Below are positions 10,861 to 22,804 of a stretch of 37,232 nucleotides of DNA, piece by piece (positions within the stretch are counted from its first letter, which is position 1; each line of letters begins with the position of its first letter). The notes beneath the pieces were generated by a model. It searched no databases. It was not told where the DNA came from and saw nothing but the letters and a program-made list of their open reading frames with translations. The translations under genes were made by a program, and so were the position numbers. Source of the DNA: Oligoflexus sp. (lineage in GTDB: Bacteria > Bdellovibrionota_B > Oligoflexia > Oligoflexales > Oligoflexaceae); NCBI GenBank assembly GCA_041736305.1, contig JBGSTX010000238.1, positions 1-37,232 on the forward strand, in the 5' to 3' direction.

Positions 10861-11754
10861 CTAGTCGCCCGTATCAATGTCTCGATGGGATACGCTGATC
10901 GCCACATGAGGAATTTTGCAGGCTCCGAGTTCCATCGCCAATTTCTCGGCAATAGCCACGCTGCGGTGCTTGCCACCTGTGCAGCCGATGCCGATACGGA
11001 AGTAATGCTTTCCCTCTTTGAAGTACTCGGGAAAAAGAAATTTGTGCAAGTCGACTAGCTTGCTCAGGAAGGGAAGGGTGAGCTCGTCTTTAAAAACATA
11101 GCCAGCCACGGCGGGATCGAGACCCGTCTTCTCTTTGAGAGCAGCTTCAAAATGCGGATTACGCAGAAATCTGACATCAAAAATTGAGTCCGCAGGTTTA
11201 AGAAGGCCATGCTTAAAACCAAAACTCACGACCGTTACGTGAAGAAGCCGTCCTATATTTTCGCCTGAATATCGCTCTTCTATTTTCCGTGCGAGACCGT
11301 GTGGCGACCAGGATCCAGTATCAAAAGCTACATCGGCTAGGTCTTCGATAGGCTTGAGAGCTACTGTCTCGCGGCGTATAGCTGCGATCAGCTCACCCCC
11401 GTCGTCGAGCATGGGATGCTTTCGTCGAGTTGTGATGTAGCGTTCGGCTAATTGATCGTCTGAGGCGCTTAGAAAAAGGACGTCAACCTGAAGACGAGCC
11501 TTTAAACGTTCCCGAAAACCAGGGAAATCGCTTAGAAAACGTCTGTCTCTGGCATCCATTCCAAAAGCGTAGCGTCGGGGGGACCAAGGACTTTTCAGAA
11601 GGTGATCGACCGCAGCTTCGACGAGTTCGAAGGGGAGGTTGTCTATGCAATAAAAGGATAAGTCTTCCAGCGCTTTGATGGCCGTCGACTTCCCTGCCCC
11701 CGACAGTCCGGTGACTATGACCAAGAGCGGAGAGTCGCTAGAGTTTACAAGCAT
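10861..11754 (-). CDS. rapZ: RNase adapter RapZ/YvcJ family nucleotide-binding protein
   Basis: Walker A 'GLSGAGKS', 'YCIDNLP', 'TRRKHP', 'SFGFKHG', 'DVRFLRNP', 'GCTGGKHRSV'. Confidence 0.95.
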   Translation of the reverse strand: MLVNSSDSPLLVIVTGLSGAGKSTAIKALEDLSFYCIDNLPFELVEAAVDHLLKSPWSPRRYAFGMDARDRRFLSDFPGFRERLKARLQVDVLFLSASDDQLAERYITTRRKHPMLDDGGELIAAIRRETVALKPIEDLADVAFDTGSWSPHGLARKIEERYSGENIGRLLHVTVVSFGFKHGLLKPADSIFDVRFLRNPHFEAALKEKTGLDPAVAGYVFKDELTLPFLSKLVDLHKFLFPEYFKEGKHYFRIGIGCTGGKHRSVAIAEKLAMELGACKIPHVAISVSHRDIDTGD

Positions 11755-11778
11755 GGCTCGATATCCTCACCGCATCGC

Positions 11779-13239
11779 TTAGAAATATTTCTTCCGTTTA
11801 CTCGATGGCAAGATGCCTAGCTGCTCTCTGTACTTGGCCACGGTGCGGCGCGCCAACTGAATCCCGCGCTCTTCGAGAATCTCAACGATCTTTTGATCGG
11901 CCAGAGGATGCTTGACGTCTTCTTTGCCTATGATATCAGAAATTATTTTCTTTACCGAAGCGCTCGCTAGAGAATCGCCAGACGACATGGAAACTGAGCT
12001 ATTGAAAAAGTACTTCAGCTCGAAATTTCCTTGCGGGGTGTGAACGTATTTGTTGCTCGTCACCCGGCTTATCGTCGATTCGTGCATGCCGATATCATCG
12101 GCGATGTCGCGTAGAACCATGGGTTTGAGATGCTCTACACCCCTCTCAAAGAAGTCTTTTTGCCTTTCGACCAGCTTTTCAGTAACTCGCAAGATAGTCT
12201 TCTGCCGCTGTTGGATCGATTTTATGAGCCAATGGGCCGACTTCAGTTTATCCTGCAGATAGTCTTTATTGCCACCAGCAACTTTATTTGCCATTTTTTC
12301 GTACATCTTCGAAACCCGAAGATGAGGTAGACCCTCATCGTTCAAAGTCACGACCCATTCTCCCGCAACCTTGAAAACATAGACATCTGGCACTACGTAG
12401 TGGGCTTCAAGGCCACCGAATTGCCGACCCGGGATTGGCTCCAGCTCGGCGATAATCTGTACGTTTTCAATGATGGTTTCGAGCGGCAGCTTCATGACTT
12501 TAGCTATCTGCTGGAAATTCCTCGTTTCGAGTTCAAAAAGATGGTTTTCGATAATTTTTTCGACTATGCCGTTCTTCAGGCGCCCAGCGCGGAGTTGGAT
12601 ATTGAGACACTCTTTCAGATTACGCGCGCCGATTCCACTAGGGTCGAGATGCTGGACCACATCGAGCATATCTTCAACCAGCTCCAACTCGACTTTTTCG
12701 GCCTCTGCAATCTCTTCTACGCTTGATTGGAAGTAGCCGCGATCGTCAATATTTCCAATGATCAGTATCGCCAGACGCATTTCGCTTTCGTTAAGTTCCA
12801 TCTCTCCGATTTGCGCATGAAGATATTCTTGTAACGTTCCTGTGCGAGCCACGTTTTCATGACTCGGAAATTCGTCGTCCCCCTCGCGGCGCGTACTCGC
12901 GCTAGGAGCGGTGTTGAAATCTTGGATGCGGTTAAAGGCTTCCCAATCCATATCGGCAGGCTTATCGTCGCCTATCGACTCTACTATGTTCGCAGCCTCG
13001 CTCATCCGCTCGCTGACAACCTGCTCTTCGGTTCGTTCTCGTTCACGCTCAGTGAGAATGCGCTCTTCGCTCGATTCCGAAACTCCCTCTTCGAGGACGG
13101 GATTCTCCGCGATCTGCTGGGTGACAAACTCTTCGAGTTCAAGACGCGAGAGTTGCAGCAGCTTGATAGCCTGCTGCAATTGCGGCGTCATGAGCAGCTG
13201 TTGGCTTAATTTGAGCGACTGTTTGAGGTCCAATGCCAT
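11779..13239 (-). CDS. rpoN: RNA polymerase sigma-54 factor
   Basis: Region I 'QQLLMTPQLQQAIKLLQL', 'HESTISRVT', and the RpoN box 'ARRTVAKYRE'. Confidence 0.98.
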   Translation of the reverse strand: MALDLKQSLKLSQQLLMTPQLQQAIKLLQLSRLELEEFVTQQIAENPVLEEGVSESSEERILTERERERTEEQVVSERMSEAANIVESIGDDKPADMDWEAFNRIQDFNTAPSASTRREGDDEFPSHENVARTGTLQEYLHAQIGEMELNESEMRLAILIIGNIDDRGYFQSSVEEIAEAEKVELELVEDMLDVVQHLDPSGIGARNLKECLNIQLRAGRLKNGIVEKIIENHLFELETRNFQQIAKVMKLPLETIIENVQIIAELEPIPGRQFGGLEAHYVVPDVYVFKVAGEWVVTLNDEGLPHLRVSKMYEKMANKVAGGNKDYLQDKLKSAHWLIKSIQQRQKTILRVTEKLVERQKDFFERGVEHLKPMVLRDIADDIGMHESTISRVTSNKYVHTPQGNFELKYFFNSSVSMSSGDSLASASVKKIISDIIGKEDVKHPLADQKIVEILEERGIQLARRTVAKYREQLGILPSSKRKKYF

Positions 13240-13288
13240 ACCTTCTCACCTGCGGTTTCAAGCCAGAGGCCTGATTCCTTGATTCCGA

Positions 13289-14026
13289 CTACATTCTAAA
13301 GTTTTCTCCCAGATAGACGCTACGCACCGTCGGATTTTGCGCGATATCAACTGGGTTTCCATGGGCAATGATCTGTCCGCTAGTAAGGATGTAAGCTCGA
13401 TCACAGCTTCCGAGAGTCTCGCGAACATTATGATCTGTGATCAGGACTCCCAATCCATCCTCGTCTCTTAGCTTTTCGATAATTTTTTGGATTTCTTGAA
13501 CGGTAACTGGATCGATGCCTGCAAATGGCTCATCCAAAAGCAGGAATTTCGGTTTAATTATCAACGCTCTAGCTATTTCTACGCGACGGCGCTCGCCGCC
13601 CGAAAGTGACGCGCCAAGGGACTTCGCAATATGGGTGATTTGAAACTTGCTGAGCAATTGCTCAATGAAATCCTTACGCTCATGTACAGGAGTCTTGACC
13701 ACCTCCATAATCGCCCGGAGGTTCTCCTCAACGGTGAGCTTACGGAAGATGGACATATTTTGTGGAAGGTAGCTGATGCCAAGCCGAGCCCGCATATGCA
13801 TCGGGATCTCTGAAATATCCTGACCGCCAAGTAATACTTGACCTTCATTGGGGAAAAGGAGCCCAACTACCATATAGAAACTCGTAGTCTTTCCCGCTCC
13901 GTTCGGCCCTAGAAGCCCGACTACTTCACCTTGGCGAACATAGAATGAGACGGATTTCACCACTTCGCGAGTCTTAAAAAACTTCCGCAGTTCGCGTGCT
14001 TCGAGAGTTATAATTTCTTCGGTCAT
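13289..14026 (-). CDS. lptB: LPS export ABC transporter ATP-binding protein
   Basis: 'GLLGPNGAGKTTSFYM', 'LSGGERRRVEIARAL', 'LLDEPFAGIDP', 'ITDHNVRETL'; directly upstream of rpoN. Confidence 0.97.
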   Translation of the reverse strand: MTEEIITLEARELRKFFKTREVVKSVSFYVRQGEVVGLLGPNGAGKTTSFYMVVGLLFPNEGQVLLGGQDISEIPMHMRARLGISYLPQNMSIFRKLTVEENLRAIMEVVKTPVHERKDFIEQLLSKFQITHIAKSLGASLSGGERRRVEIARALIIKPKFLLLDEPFAGIDPVTVQEIQKIIEKLRDEDGLGVLITDHNVRETLGSCDRAYILTSGQIIAHGNPVDIAQNPTVRSVYLGENFRM

Positions 14027-14838
14027 TTTTCGGCCCTTTCAGGCCGAACAACGCCCTGAACACGATCGACCTTTACCATGCCGGTGACGATTTCATAGAT
14101 GATGCGATCGCCCTTGACGAGATGCCCATCACGCAGGAGACGAGCGTTGCCCTCTAGAGTAACCAACTGCTGTTCATTCTCGAAAAGTGCACGATCTCCC
14201 TGTGCTGAGATTCTTTCCGCCGGATCCTTCGAAGAGCGGACGAGGCTGACCTTGCCCATCATCTCAGCTTCGCTTACACCACCCGACTGCTTGCTCATGC
14301 GGAGATTAGCCTCGTTGGCTTGAATTTTGATATCGTCTTGCGTGATCACTACGTTCTTCTGAAGATTAACGAATGAACCATTCTGCGAATAGGTGGAGGT
14401 TCCTTCGCTGGATAGATAAACAGGTATTTTCTTTCTAGCTTCCCGCTCAGCTTTAGTTCCGGCTGGATTTGATTTGGTATTTGAAGGTCCAGTCTCGCTC
14501 GCTTTATTAGAGCTGCTTTCAGCTTTCACGGGAACAGGCACTTTGTCTACCACCGAAGGGGTTTTGCCCTGGGGTGCCTTAGGAGATAAGGGAGGCGTGT
14601 CACCGGTCTTTACTCCGCTATCGCTCTCGGTCGCCTCGGAATTTTCACTGGTGGTTTCTTCCGAATTTTTGCTCTTTTTCTTCGGCATATCCAGCTCATT
14701 TATATCGTCGATAATATCGGCCCTTAGCCCCTGGCTCGACAGGCTGGAGAAGCACATTAAAAGTAGGATACTGAAAACCCTTAAAGCTCGACTATTTTTT
14801 TGGATCGCTACCAAGCAACTTTCCCTCCAGAGGGCCAA
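14023..14838 (-). CDS. lptA: LptA/OstA-family periplasmic LPS transport protein (start uncertain)
   Basis: Signal peptide, a long low-complexity linker, then an OstA-like domain ('NVVITQDDIKIQA', 'VTLEGNARL', 'GDRIIY'); lies between lptC and lptB. Confidence 0.82.
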   Translation of the reverse strand: MALWRESCLVAIQKNSRALRVFSILLLMCFSSLSSQGLRADIIDDINELDMPKKKSKNSEETTSENSEATESDSGVKTGDTPPLSPKAPQGKTPSVVDKVPVPVKAESSSNKASETGPSNTKSNPAGTKAEREARKKIPVYLSSEGTSTYSQNGSFVNLQKNVVITQDDIKIQANEANLRMSKQSGGVSEAEMMGKVSLVRSSKDPAERISAQGDRALFENEQQLVTLEGNARLLRDGHLVKGDRIIYEIVTGMVKVDRVQGVVRPERAEK

Positions 14839-15382
14839 ACACCTTTAAATCTCGGGTTTTGGTGTGATAATCAAAGCCCCGACTTCCCAACATATCGATT
14901 TGAGGCCCTAAAATGCGGACCGGCACATCAGAGTGTAAGCGTTCCTGGGCGGCCAGATACTTGGCGTATTCAGTATAGAGAATACTGTCATCATAGCCAA
15001 TTCGGACCTGATCTTTGATTTCAAAGGTCTGCATTTGGGCTGATTTCATAAGGTCCACGAGGCCTTTGGAACCAAAGCGTACAGTCGCCAACTCCGCATG
15101 GATAAAATCTTTGTGCGGCGAATCGAGCTTTTGGCCCTGGATTTTACCCTTAATCTGAAGCGTGTCAGGGTCGACAAAAATGCCGGAATTGGCGCTCAAC
15201 GTCGACCGCATCTTATGCCGCTCGTAGTCGTAGACTGTGAACTCTTCCAAGTAGATACGCGGTTCACTGGCTTTTGCCGGATCTCTATCTTTAATAGGCA
15301 CGTCTGGCTTACGCTGAGAAAAAACATAAAACGCCGCACCGACCATAAGGAGAAAAAGTCCGACTATGATGTTCTTGCCCAT
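14792..15382 (-). CDS. lptC: LPS export periplasmic protein LptC-like
   Basis: N-terminal transmembrane helix, then beta-jellyroll-like sequence ('LYTEYAKY', 'LHSDVPVRI', 'GFDY'); synteny with lptAB. Confidence 0.75.
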   Translation of the reverse strand: MGKNIIVGLFLLMVGAAFYVFSQRKPDVPIKDRDPAKASEPRIYLEEFTVYDYERHKMRSTLSANSGIFVDPDTLQIKGKIQGQKLDSPHKDFIHAELATVRFGSKGLVDLMKSAQMQTFEIKDQVRIGYDDSILYTEYAKYLAAQERLHSDVPVRILGPQIDMLGSRGFDYHTKTRDLKVFGPLEGKLLGSDPKK

Positions 15383-15546
15383 ACATAGCTCCAAGCGCCT
15401 GTCTGATGCGCCTTTTGTAGTCTACCACAGGCAGCGATCAGGTCTGAAGCCGGACTTGCAAGGAAAAGACCAAAGTCGAAAAGTCTTTGGCGCTTTTTAG
15501 TGAGCTCCGAAAAAAAGGTCTCAGAGCTGGAAAGAGGTAGGTTATT

Positions 15547-18140
<2,594 letters not shown>

Positions 18141-18351
18141 TCATTATTGCAATGTTTCCGGATGGTTACACCTGGGAACGTGAAAAGCCTGGTAGACGGG
18201 ATTGTATCCTACCGAAGGGCCTTTGCCTGGTCAAGGAGCTTTCAAGATTGCGTTTTATGGGCGCGACTAAGCAGTGGGCTACTAGTCAGGAACGAAAGAT
18301 GCTAAAATGGGACTGTAGTTCCATCTATCTTTACCTAGAGCGAGTTCGAGC

Positions 18352-19551
18352 GTGAAGACTTTTCTCGTCTTGGCACATTTTGTATTCGTAGCGGCCCTTA
18401 GCGGCTGTAAAATTATGCCCTCGAACATGCGGACTTCGTCTCAAGATAAAGATGCTTCAGATCTTATGGACGAAAGTTCTATCCAGTTCGTGCGAACAGG
18501 GACCGGCACCACTGGCGAGCTTAGCTTTCGCCTTCTGAATAAGCACTCCTGTCGAATCGAATACTGGGCGGACGATCCTACTGGCCAACCTTCCCCAAAC
18601 TCTCCCATGTCTAGAGATTGTCCCGACTCTGATACTCTTATTGTAAAAATGCCTATTGCCAACATAACTTCGGGAATTTCGCTGAGTTTTCGCATCTATG
18701 TTTGGCCAAAAGCCCTGACTTTTACCAGCAAAGTTGCTGTCGAATGGAAAGAGGCGAAAGACCTCACCAAAGTCCAGTCCGGTTTCCTAGTTGTAGCCCG
18801 TTTTATGAATCCGCGGCAGGCAAGTGAAATTTACACCTATCAGTTTCCTAGCACGATTTCTCTCGATGAAGTGCAAAAAACGATCATGGCGGGTATGGCG
18901 AGTACCGCGGCTTGCACGGAAACTGAGGCCGAGCCCGAGATGAGTTACCCTCGCTTTAAATCACAGAATGATAAATCCAACAGGCCTATGCACGGTCTCA
19001 GTCAGGTTTTTAGTGATGGTTTCGCTAGAGCTTCGGCCACGGCTCACCCTTTCTTTAACACGCGTCTGACCCAGTTCTTTGAGGCTATAGATAAGCAGCA
19101 AACCTGGCGGTGGGGATTCAACTGGGAAGGTCAAAATTATACTTTCGAAACCTTTGCCCCTGGCTATATGAATGGAGTCACCTTCCTCGCAAACGATACT
19201 TCGGTGCCTATCAAGGGCGATGGACTGACTTCTGCAATGAGCATCCTCGATGCAGGAAGCCGACCATTTGTGATCAAAGCTACACCTATCGTGACATCCG
19301 ACCTCGCTGCTTTTAAAATGACGGTTAAGTCGTCGGATGCTTCGAAAACTCTTTTGCGCTGCAACTTTCCACGAGCGACCAACGATCTATCCATCCCTGC
19401 GAACTTTTATGAGCGCCTCGGCGCAGGTGAATATATCGTTACTTTGGTTTTGGAAAGTAGCCAAATTCACTTTAAAGATGGTGCGGCATATCCACCCTGG
19501 TTGATTACCTCTCAGGACTGGGTTCATTTTAAGATCAACAAGCGACTATGA
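18352..19551 (+). CDS. Hypothetical lipoprotein
   Basis: Lipobox 'ALSGC' after a hydrophobic signal; 399 aa, beta-rich. Its stop overlaps the next start (ATGA). Confidence 0.8.
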   Translation: MKTFLVLAHFVFVAALSGCKIMPSNMRTSSQDKDASDLMDESSIQFVRTGTGTTGELSFRLLNKHSCRIEYWADDPTGQPSPNSPMSRDCPDSDTLIVKMPIANITSGISLSFRIYVWPKALTFTSKVAVEWKEAKDLTKVQSGFLVVARFMNPRQASEIYTYQFPSTISLDEVQKTIMAGMASTAACTETEAEPEMSYPRFKSQNDKSNRPMHGLSQVFSDGFARASATAHPFFNTRLTQFFEAIDKQQTWRWGFNWEGQNYTFETFAPGYMNGVTFLANDTSVPIKGDGLTSAMSILDAGSRPFVIKATPIVTSDLAAFKMTVKSSDASKTLLRCNFPRATNDLSIPANFYERLGAGEYIVTLVLESSQIHFKDGAAYPPWLITSQDWVHFKINKRL

Positions 19552-20633
19552 GGTCTTTAGTGCTTAAATCGATTATCGTTTTAGCAGCCACTCTAGGCGC
19601 AGCTTTCGAGGCCCGTGCTGCAACGATCACGAAGCTAATTCCAGCCAAAAAGTTCGTGGCCATCGATATGGGTACCGAAGCAGGTGTCGATAAAAAAAGC
19701 AAAATATGCTTTTACGAAGGTACGACGAAGGTGGGGTGCGGAAGTATCAAGTCGGTTGGGCCAAAGACAAGTACCGTACGCATAAAAAATGCGAAACTTT
19801 TTCCCAAACTCAAAGTAGGACTCGAGGCACGGATTGAGACCGCAGTGCCTGCTCTTGCGGGTGGTGCCATGGCTGTTCCTACTCCTCAAGGTGAAGTAAG
19901 TAGTACCGAACCTTTTATAACTCCTGCTATATTTTATGGGTTCCCGATTATCAATCCCATTAACTACTCAAACCTTGTTTATGAAACACCACTCGGAGAA
20001 AATGCCTCCAGCATGTGGACGGCTGATAGCCGTGTCCAGTCCAATTCTGCTGCGATGGAACTTGGTTTTGCCATTGGCTCCATGTCTCTCAACCTCGGCG
20101 CGCGGGGGCGCTTTTATTTCCCTAAAATCATTACCTCCGACTACGACGATGCTGACCAGGACGGTAAGCTTTACTACGAACAGTTTGCCGAGACGGTTGC
20201 GACTGGCTCTGCGTTTGGCGCTTACGCTGACTTCTACTATCTCAACTACCGCTGGACTTTAGTTGGCTTAAAAATAGGCAATGGCTTAGACTTTGATAGT
20301 TCAAAAGTCGAATTTACTTCAACCCAAAAAGATGAATTCAATGTCGATCAAACCAATCAAATTTATCGAGCCTCGTCAACTCTAACAGCTATATCTCTGC
20401 GGACCAGTGTGATGCTTGATTTCAAATTTGGAGTCTTTGGGCTCCGTTTTGGAAGCATCCTCTTTGTACCGCTCAGTCAAAGTCCAAGTTTTAAGATGGC
20501 TGCTGATGATTCTCCCGATGCGTTCACGAAATTTCTTATTGACAAGAAACCTGAAGAAGATCTGGAGAAGGCGCTTGACCATAGTGCGAAATTCGCGGCC
20601 GAACTATATGTAGGGGCGAATCTCAATTTTTGA
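19548..20633 (+). CDS. Hypothetical outer-membrane protein: small N-terminal beta domain plus C-terminal beta-barrel
   Basis: Sec signal ending 'ARA'; amphipathic aromatic-rich strands; C-terminal beta-signal-like 'YVGANLNF'. Confidence 0.72.
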   Translation: MRSLVLKSIIVLAATLGAAFEARAATITKLIPAKKFVAIDMGTEAGVDKKSKICFYEGTTKVGCGSIKSVGPKTSTVRIKNAKLFPKLKVGLEARIETAVPALAGGAMAVPTPQGEVSSTEPFITPAIFYGFPIINPINYSNLVYETPLGENASSMWTADSRVQSNSAAMELGFAIGSMSLNLGARGRFYFPKIITSDYDDADQDGKLYYEQFAETVATGSAFGAYADFYYLNYRWTLVGLKIGNGLDFDSSKVEFTSTQKDEFNVDQTNQIYRASSTLTAISLRTSVMLDFKFGVFGLRFGSILFVPLSQSPSFKMAADDSPDAFTKFLIDKKPEEDLEKALDHSAKFAAELYVGANLNF

Positions 20634-21762
20634 AAAGGCGCAGGGAGTCGAAAGAAGGAAATTGCCGTTCTACTCCGGAATCGTCAAGGATATTGCTAAG
20701 ATCTTGAGCGCAAATGTCGGCTAGCTGCAGAGCACTTTTATAGAAACCAGTCATAAGATAAAGCCTATTTCGCCAGGGTTCCGCCGGAAGAGTGCCAACG
20801 GCTGGCATGCGATCAGCAAATCTGAGACGTGCACCCACTCGGCTTTTTGCATTCTCCAGCCAGGGTTTCAGATTCCATCCGAGCTGAGATTCAATTGTTC
20901 CCATCAGCAGGTCTCGATCCTCTTTCAGGCCTTCTTCACTTATGCCAATTCCCTTCCATGAGCTCGAACCAATGAATACGTCTTGGCCAGACCAGGTGCC
21001 GCTGAATGTTTGACGAACAGCGCTCAGAGGCTTATCGCTCCTTTTTGTGATGCGCAGAGCCAGAGTTTGACCTCCGATCGTAAACATTTTAGGTAGAGCG
21101 ATGCCTGAAGACTGCAGGAGGCTGCCGGTTCCGGCACCACTTGCCAGAATCACCCGATCGAATGATTCATCCCAGCCGTTTCCAAACACTGAAATTGTGC
21201 CGCTTGAGCTGAATTTTAATATTTTTATCTCTTGCTCAAGAAAACGGGCTCCATTTTGGAGCAGGAACTCTTCAAGCGCTACGAGAGTCTGAGCGACATT
21301 GAACCACCCATCCTGAGGGTAGAAGAGATAACCAAGAGGTGATTTTGTGGCAAATGGAAAAGGAGATGCGATGCTCTTAAGGTTTTTTGTTCCATGACAG
21401 CCCCAAAACCGATGACGGTAGATCCGCGAAGCTACCTTGGAAAAATCTTCGCTATCCCAGTATGGTTCAAAAATTCCGCTGAAATCCCTGTCTATCCTTC
21501 TGTTGCTGACGCGCTCAATCTCATCCAGCCACGTTTGCACGTGCGCTAGACTCTTCAATTTAGCAGCGAAAAGCGGAGACTCAAAAAAAATGAGGCCTTT
21601 ATTTGCCACGACTCCTTGCGCGCAGTGAGAGGCGCAAGAATTTTCTGTGGAACTTCGGATAAGAGTCGGTTTATAGCCTTTTTGAACAAGGCGAAAGGCA
21701 AGGGCGAGTCCTGCGATACCAGTTCCTACGATAGCTATTCTAGCTTCAGCTGGAGATGACAT
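20623..21762 (-). CDS. FAD-dependent oxidoreductase, DAO family (MnmC oxidase-domain or ThiO-like)
   Basis: Rossmann motif 'IAIVGTGIAG', 'VILASGAG', 'GGQTL', 'GARLRFADRMPAVG'; start ATG 21762. Confidence 0.85.
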   Translation of the reverse strand: MSSPAEARIAIVGTGIAGLALAFRLVQKGYKPTLIRSSTENSCASHCAQGVVANKGLIFFESPLFAAKLKSLAHVQTWLDEIERVSNRRIDRDFSGIFEPYWDSEDFSKVASRIYRHRFWGCHGTKNLKSIASPFPFATKSPLGYLFYPQDGWFNVAQTLVALEEFLLQNGARFLEQEIKILKFSSSGTISVFGNGWDESFDRVILASGAGTGSLLQSSGIALPKMFTIGGQTLALRITKRSDKPLSAVRQTFSGTWSGQDVFIGSSSWKGIGISEEGLKEDRDLLMGTIESQLGWNLKPWLENAKSRVGARLRFADRMPAVGTLPAEPWRNRLYLMTGFYKSALQLADICAQDLSNILDDSGVERQFPSFDSLRLFKN

Positions 21763-22804
21763 CGAGGTACCCAAATACTTTGCGTCTAAGTTCTGTCATG
21801 TACGGATTGACGCGACCGCTGATCACTCGATTGCTTAAGAATATTGCGTAACGCAAAGTCGGCAAATGCAGCCAGAAGGCAGTCCCCGTAAATCCCAGAT
21901 GTCCCATGCCCTGAGCTTTGGCAAAGCTAGCGGCGCTCCCACCTTGGCCGCCGCGTCTAAGCCCAAGTAGGCCTTCATGATGGGTGGTTAAACGCTGCTC
22001 TTCATTTGCTTCTAGATACGTACGCCCCATAGGATGCTTCCAGAGACAGTGAAGGTAATAGGCAAGGTCGAAGCCGCTAGCAAAAAGTCCCGCATGACCG
22101 GCAACACCTCCCAGCGAGGCACAGTTTTCATCATGAACTTCGCCTTGGAGCAGGCGTCCTCGTAGCGGACAAAACGCTGAGGCAATATAGGTCGAAGCTG
22201 CAGCGTTGAGGGCAGTAGGGTAAGCAAAACCATCTTTCGCTAGAAACCCAATGTCCAGCTTCCACTGCTCAAGCTGAGTCGAGAGATCGGTCTTAGCGAT
22301 CTTCTCCAATCCTAGGCCTAAGAGGATATAGCCCAAGTCCGAGTAGAGATCCTGCTTTCCTTCGGGCGGAGGAATTCGAGCGAAAACCTCTGCAATTCTC
22401 CGCTCTCGCTCTTCGAAAGAAAGTTCGAATTTTGGTCCCCCGAGCCGGCCCATCCAAAAATTCCACCAAGCTCTTAAACCCGCATAGTGTCCCAGAAGCT
22501 CAGCTAAGGGTAGATTGGAGACGCTGCTGTCCCAAGTCTCATTCCCCAAGAGGTAGGCTAGGGGAGTAAGCACAGACTTATTGTGCGTCTTCAGGAGTTG
22601 CCAGGTGAGCGGCCCTGTAACCAAGGCCTTCGTGAGGCTAGCGAGATCAAAGATCACGGCTGTGCTCTCTACATCTCGCTTATAGCTAGCTTCAAAAACT
22701 GGTTCGGGGCTATTCAAGAAGCCAGCAGCAACGTAGCTATGGGTGAAAAGTCCATTAGCGACTTCGGCCTTCAAAAGACTTTCAAGCGCCGCGCGAGAAC
22801 TCAT
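21746..22804 (-). CDS. Serine hydrolase, beta-lactamase/class C-like family
   Basis: SxxK in 'FDLASLTK', 'YSDLGYILLG', 'GEVHDEN', 'GHAGLF', 'GHLGFTGT', 'LSNRV'. Confidence 0.88.
   Translation of the reverse strand: MSSRAALESLLKAEVANGLFTHSYVAAGFLNSPEPVFEASYKRDVESTAVIFDLASLTKALVTGPLTWQLLKTHNKSVLTPLAYLLGNETWDSSVSNLPLAELLGHYAGLRAWWNFWMGRLGGPKFELSFEERERRIAEVFARIPPPEGKQDLYSDLGYILLGLGLEKIAKTDLSTQLEQWKLDIGFLAKDGFAYPTALNAAASTYIASAFCPLRGRLLQGEVHDENCASLGGVAGHAGLFASGFDLAYYLHCLWKHPMGRTYLEANEEQRLTTHHEGLLGLRRGGQGGSAASFAKAQGMGHLGFTGTAFWLHLPTLRYAIFLSNRVISGRVNPYMTELRRKVFGYLDVISS

Noticed and set aside
10824-10976. N-terminal extension of the MBL hydrolase overlapping rapZ
   Set aside because: More simply an open upstream frame; a plausible TTG start with a ribosome-binding site exists at 10823.
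21746-22804. Antibiotic-resistance beta-lactamase call (also considered for the MBL-fold gene at 9732)
   Set aside because: Both belong to broad hydrolase superfamilies, sit in housekeeping context and show no mobility signals.
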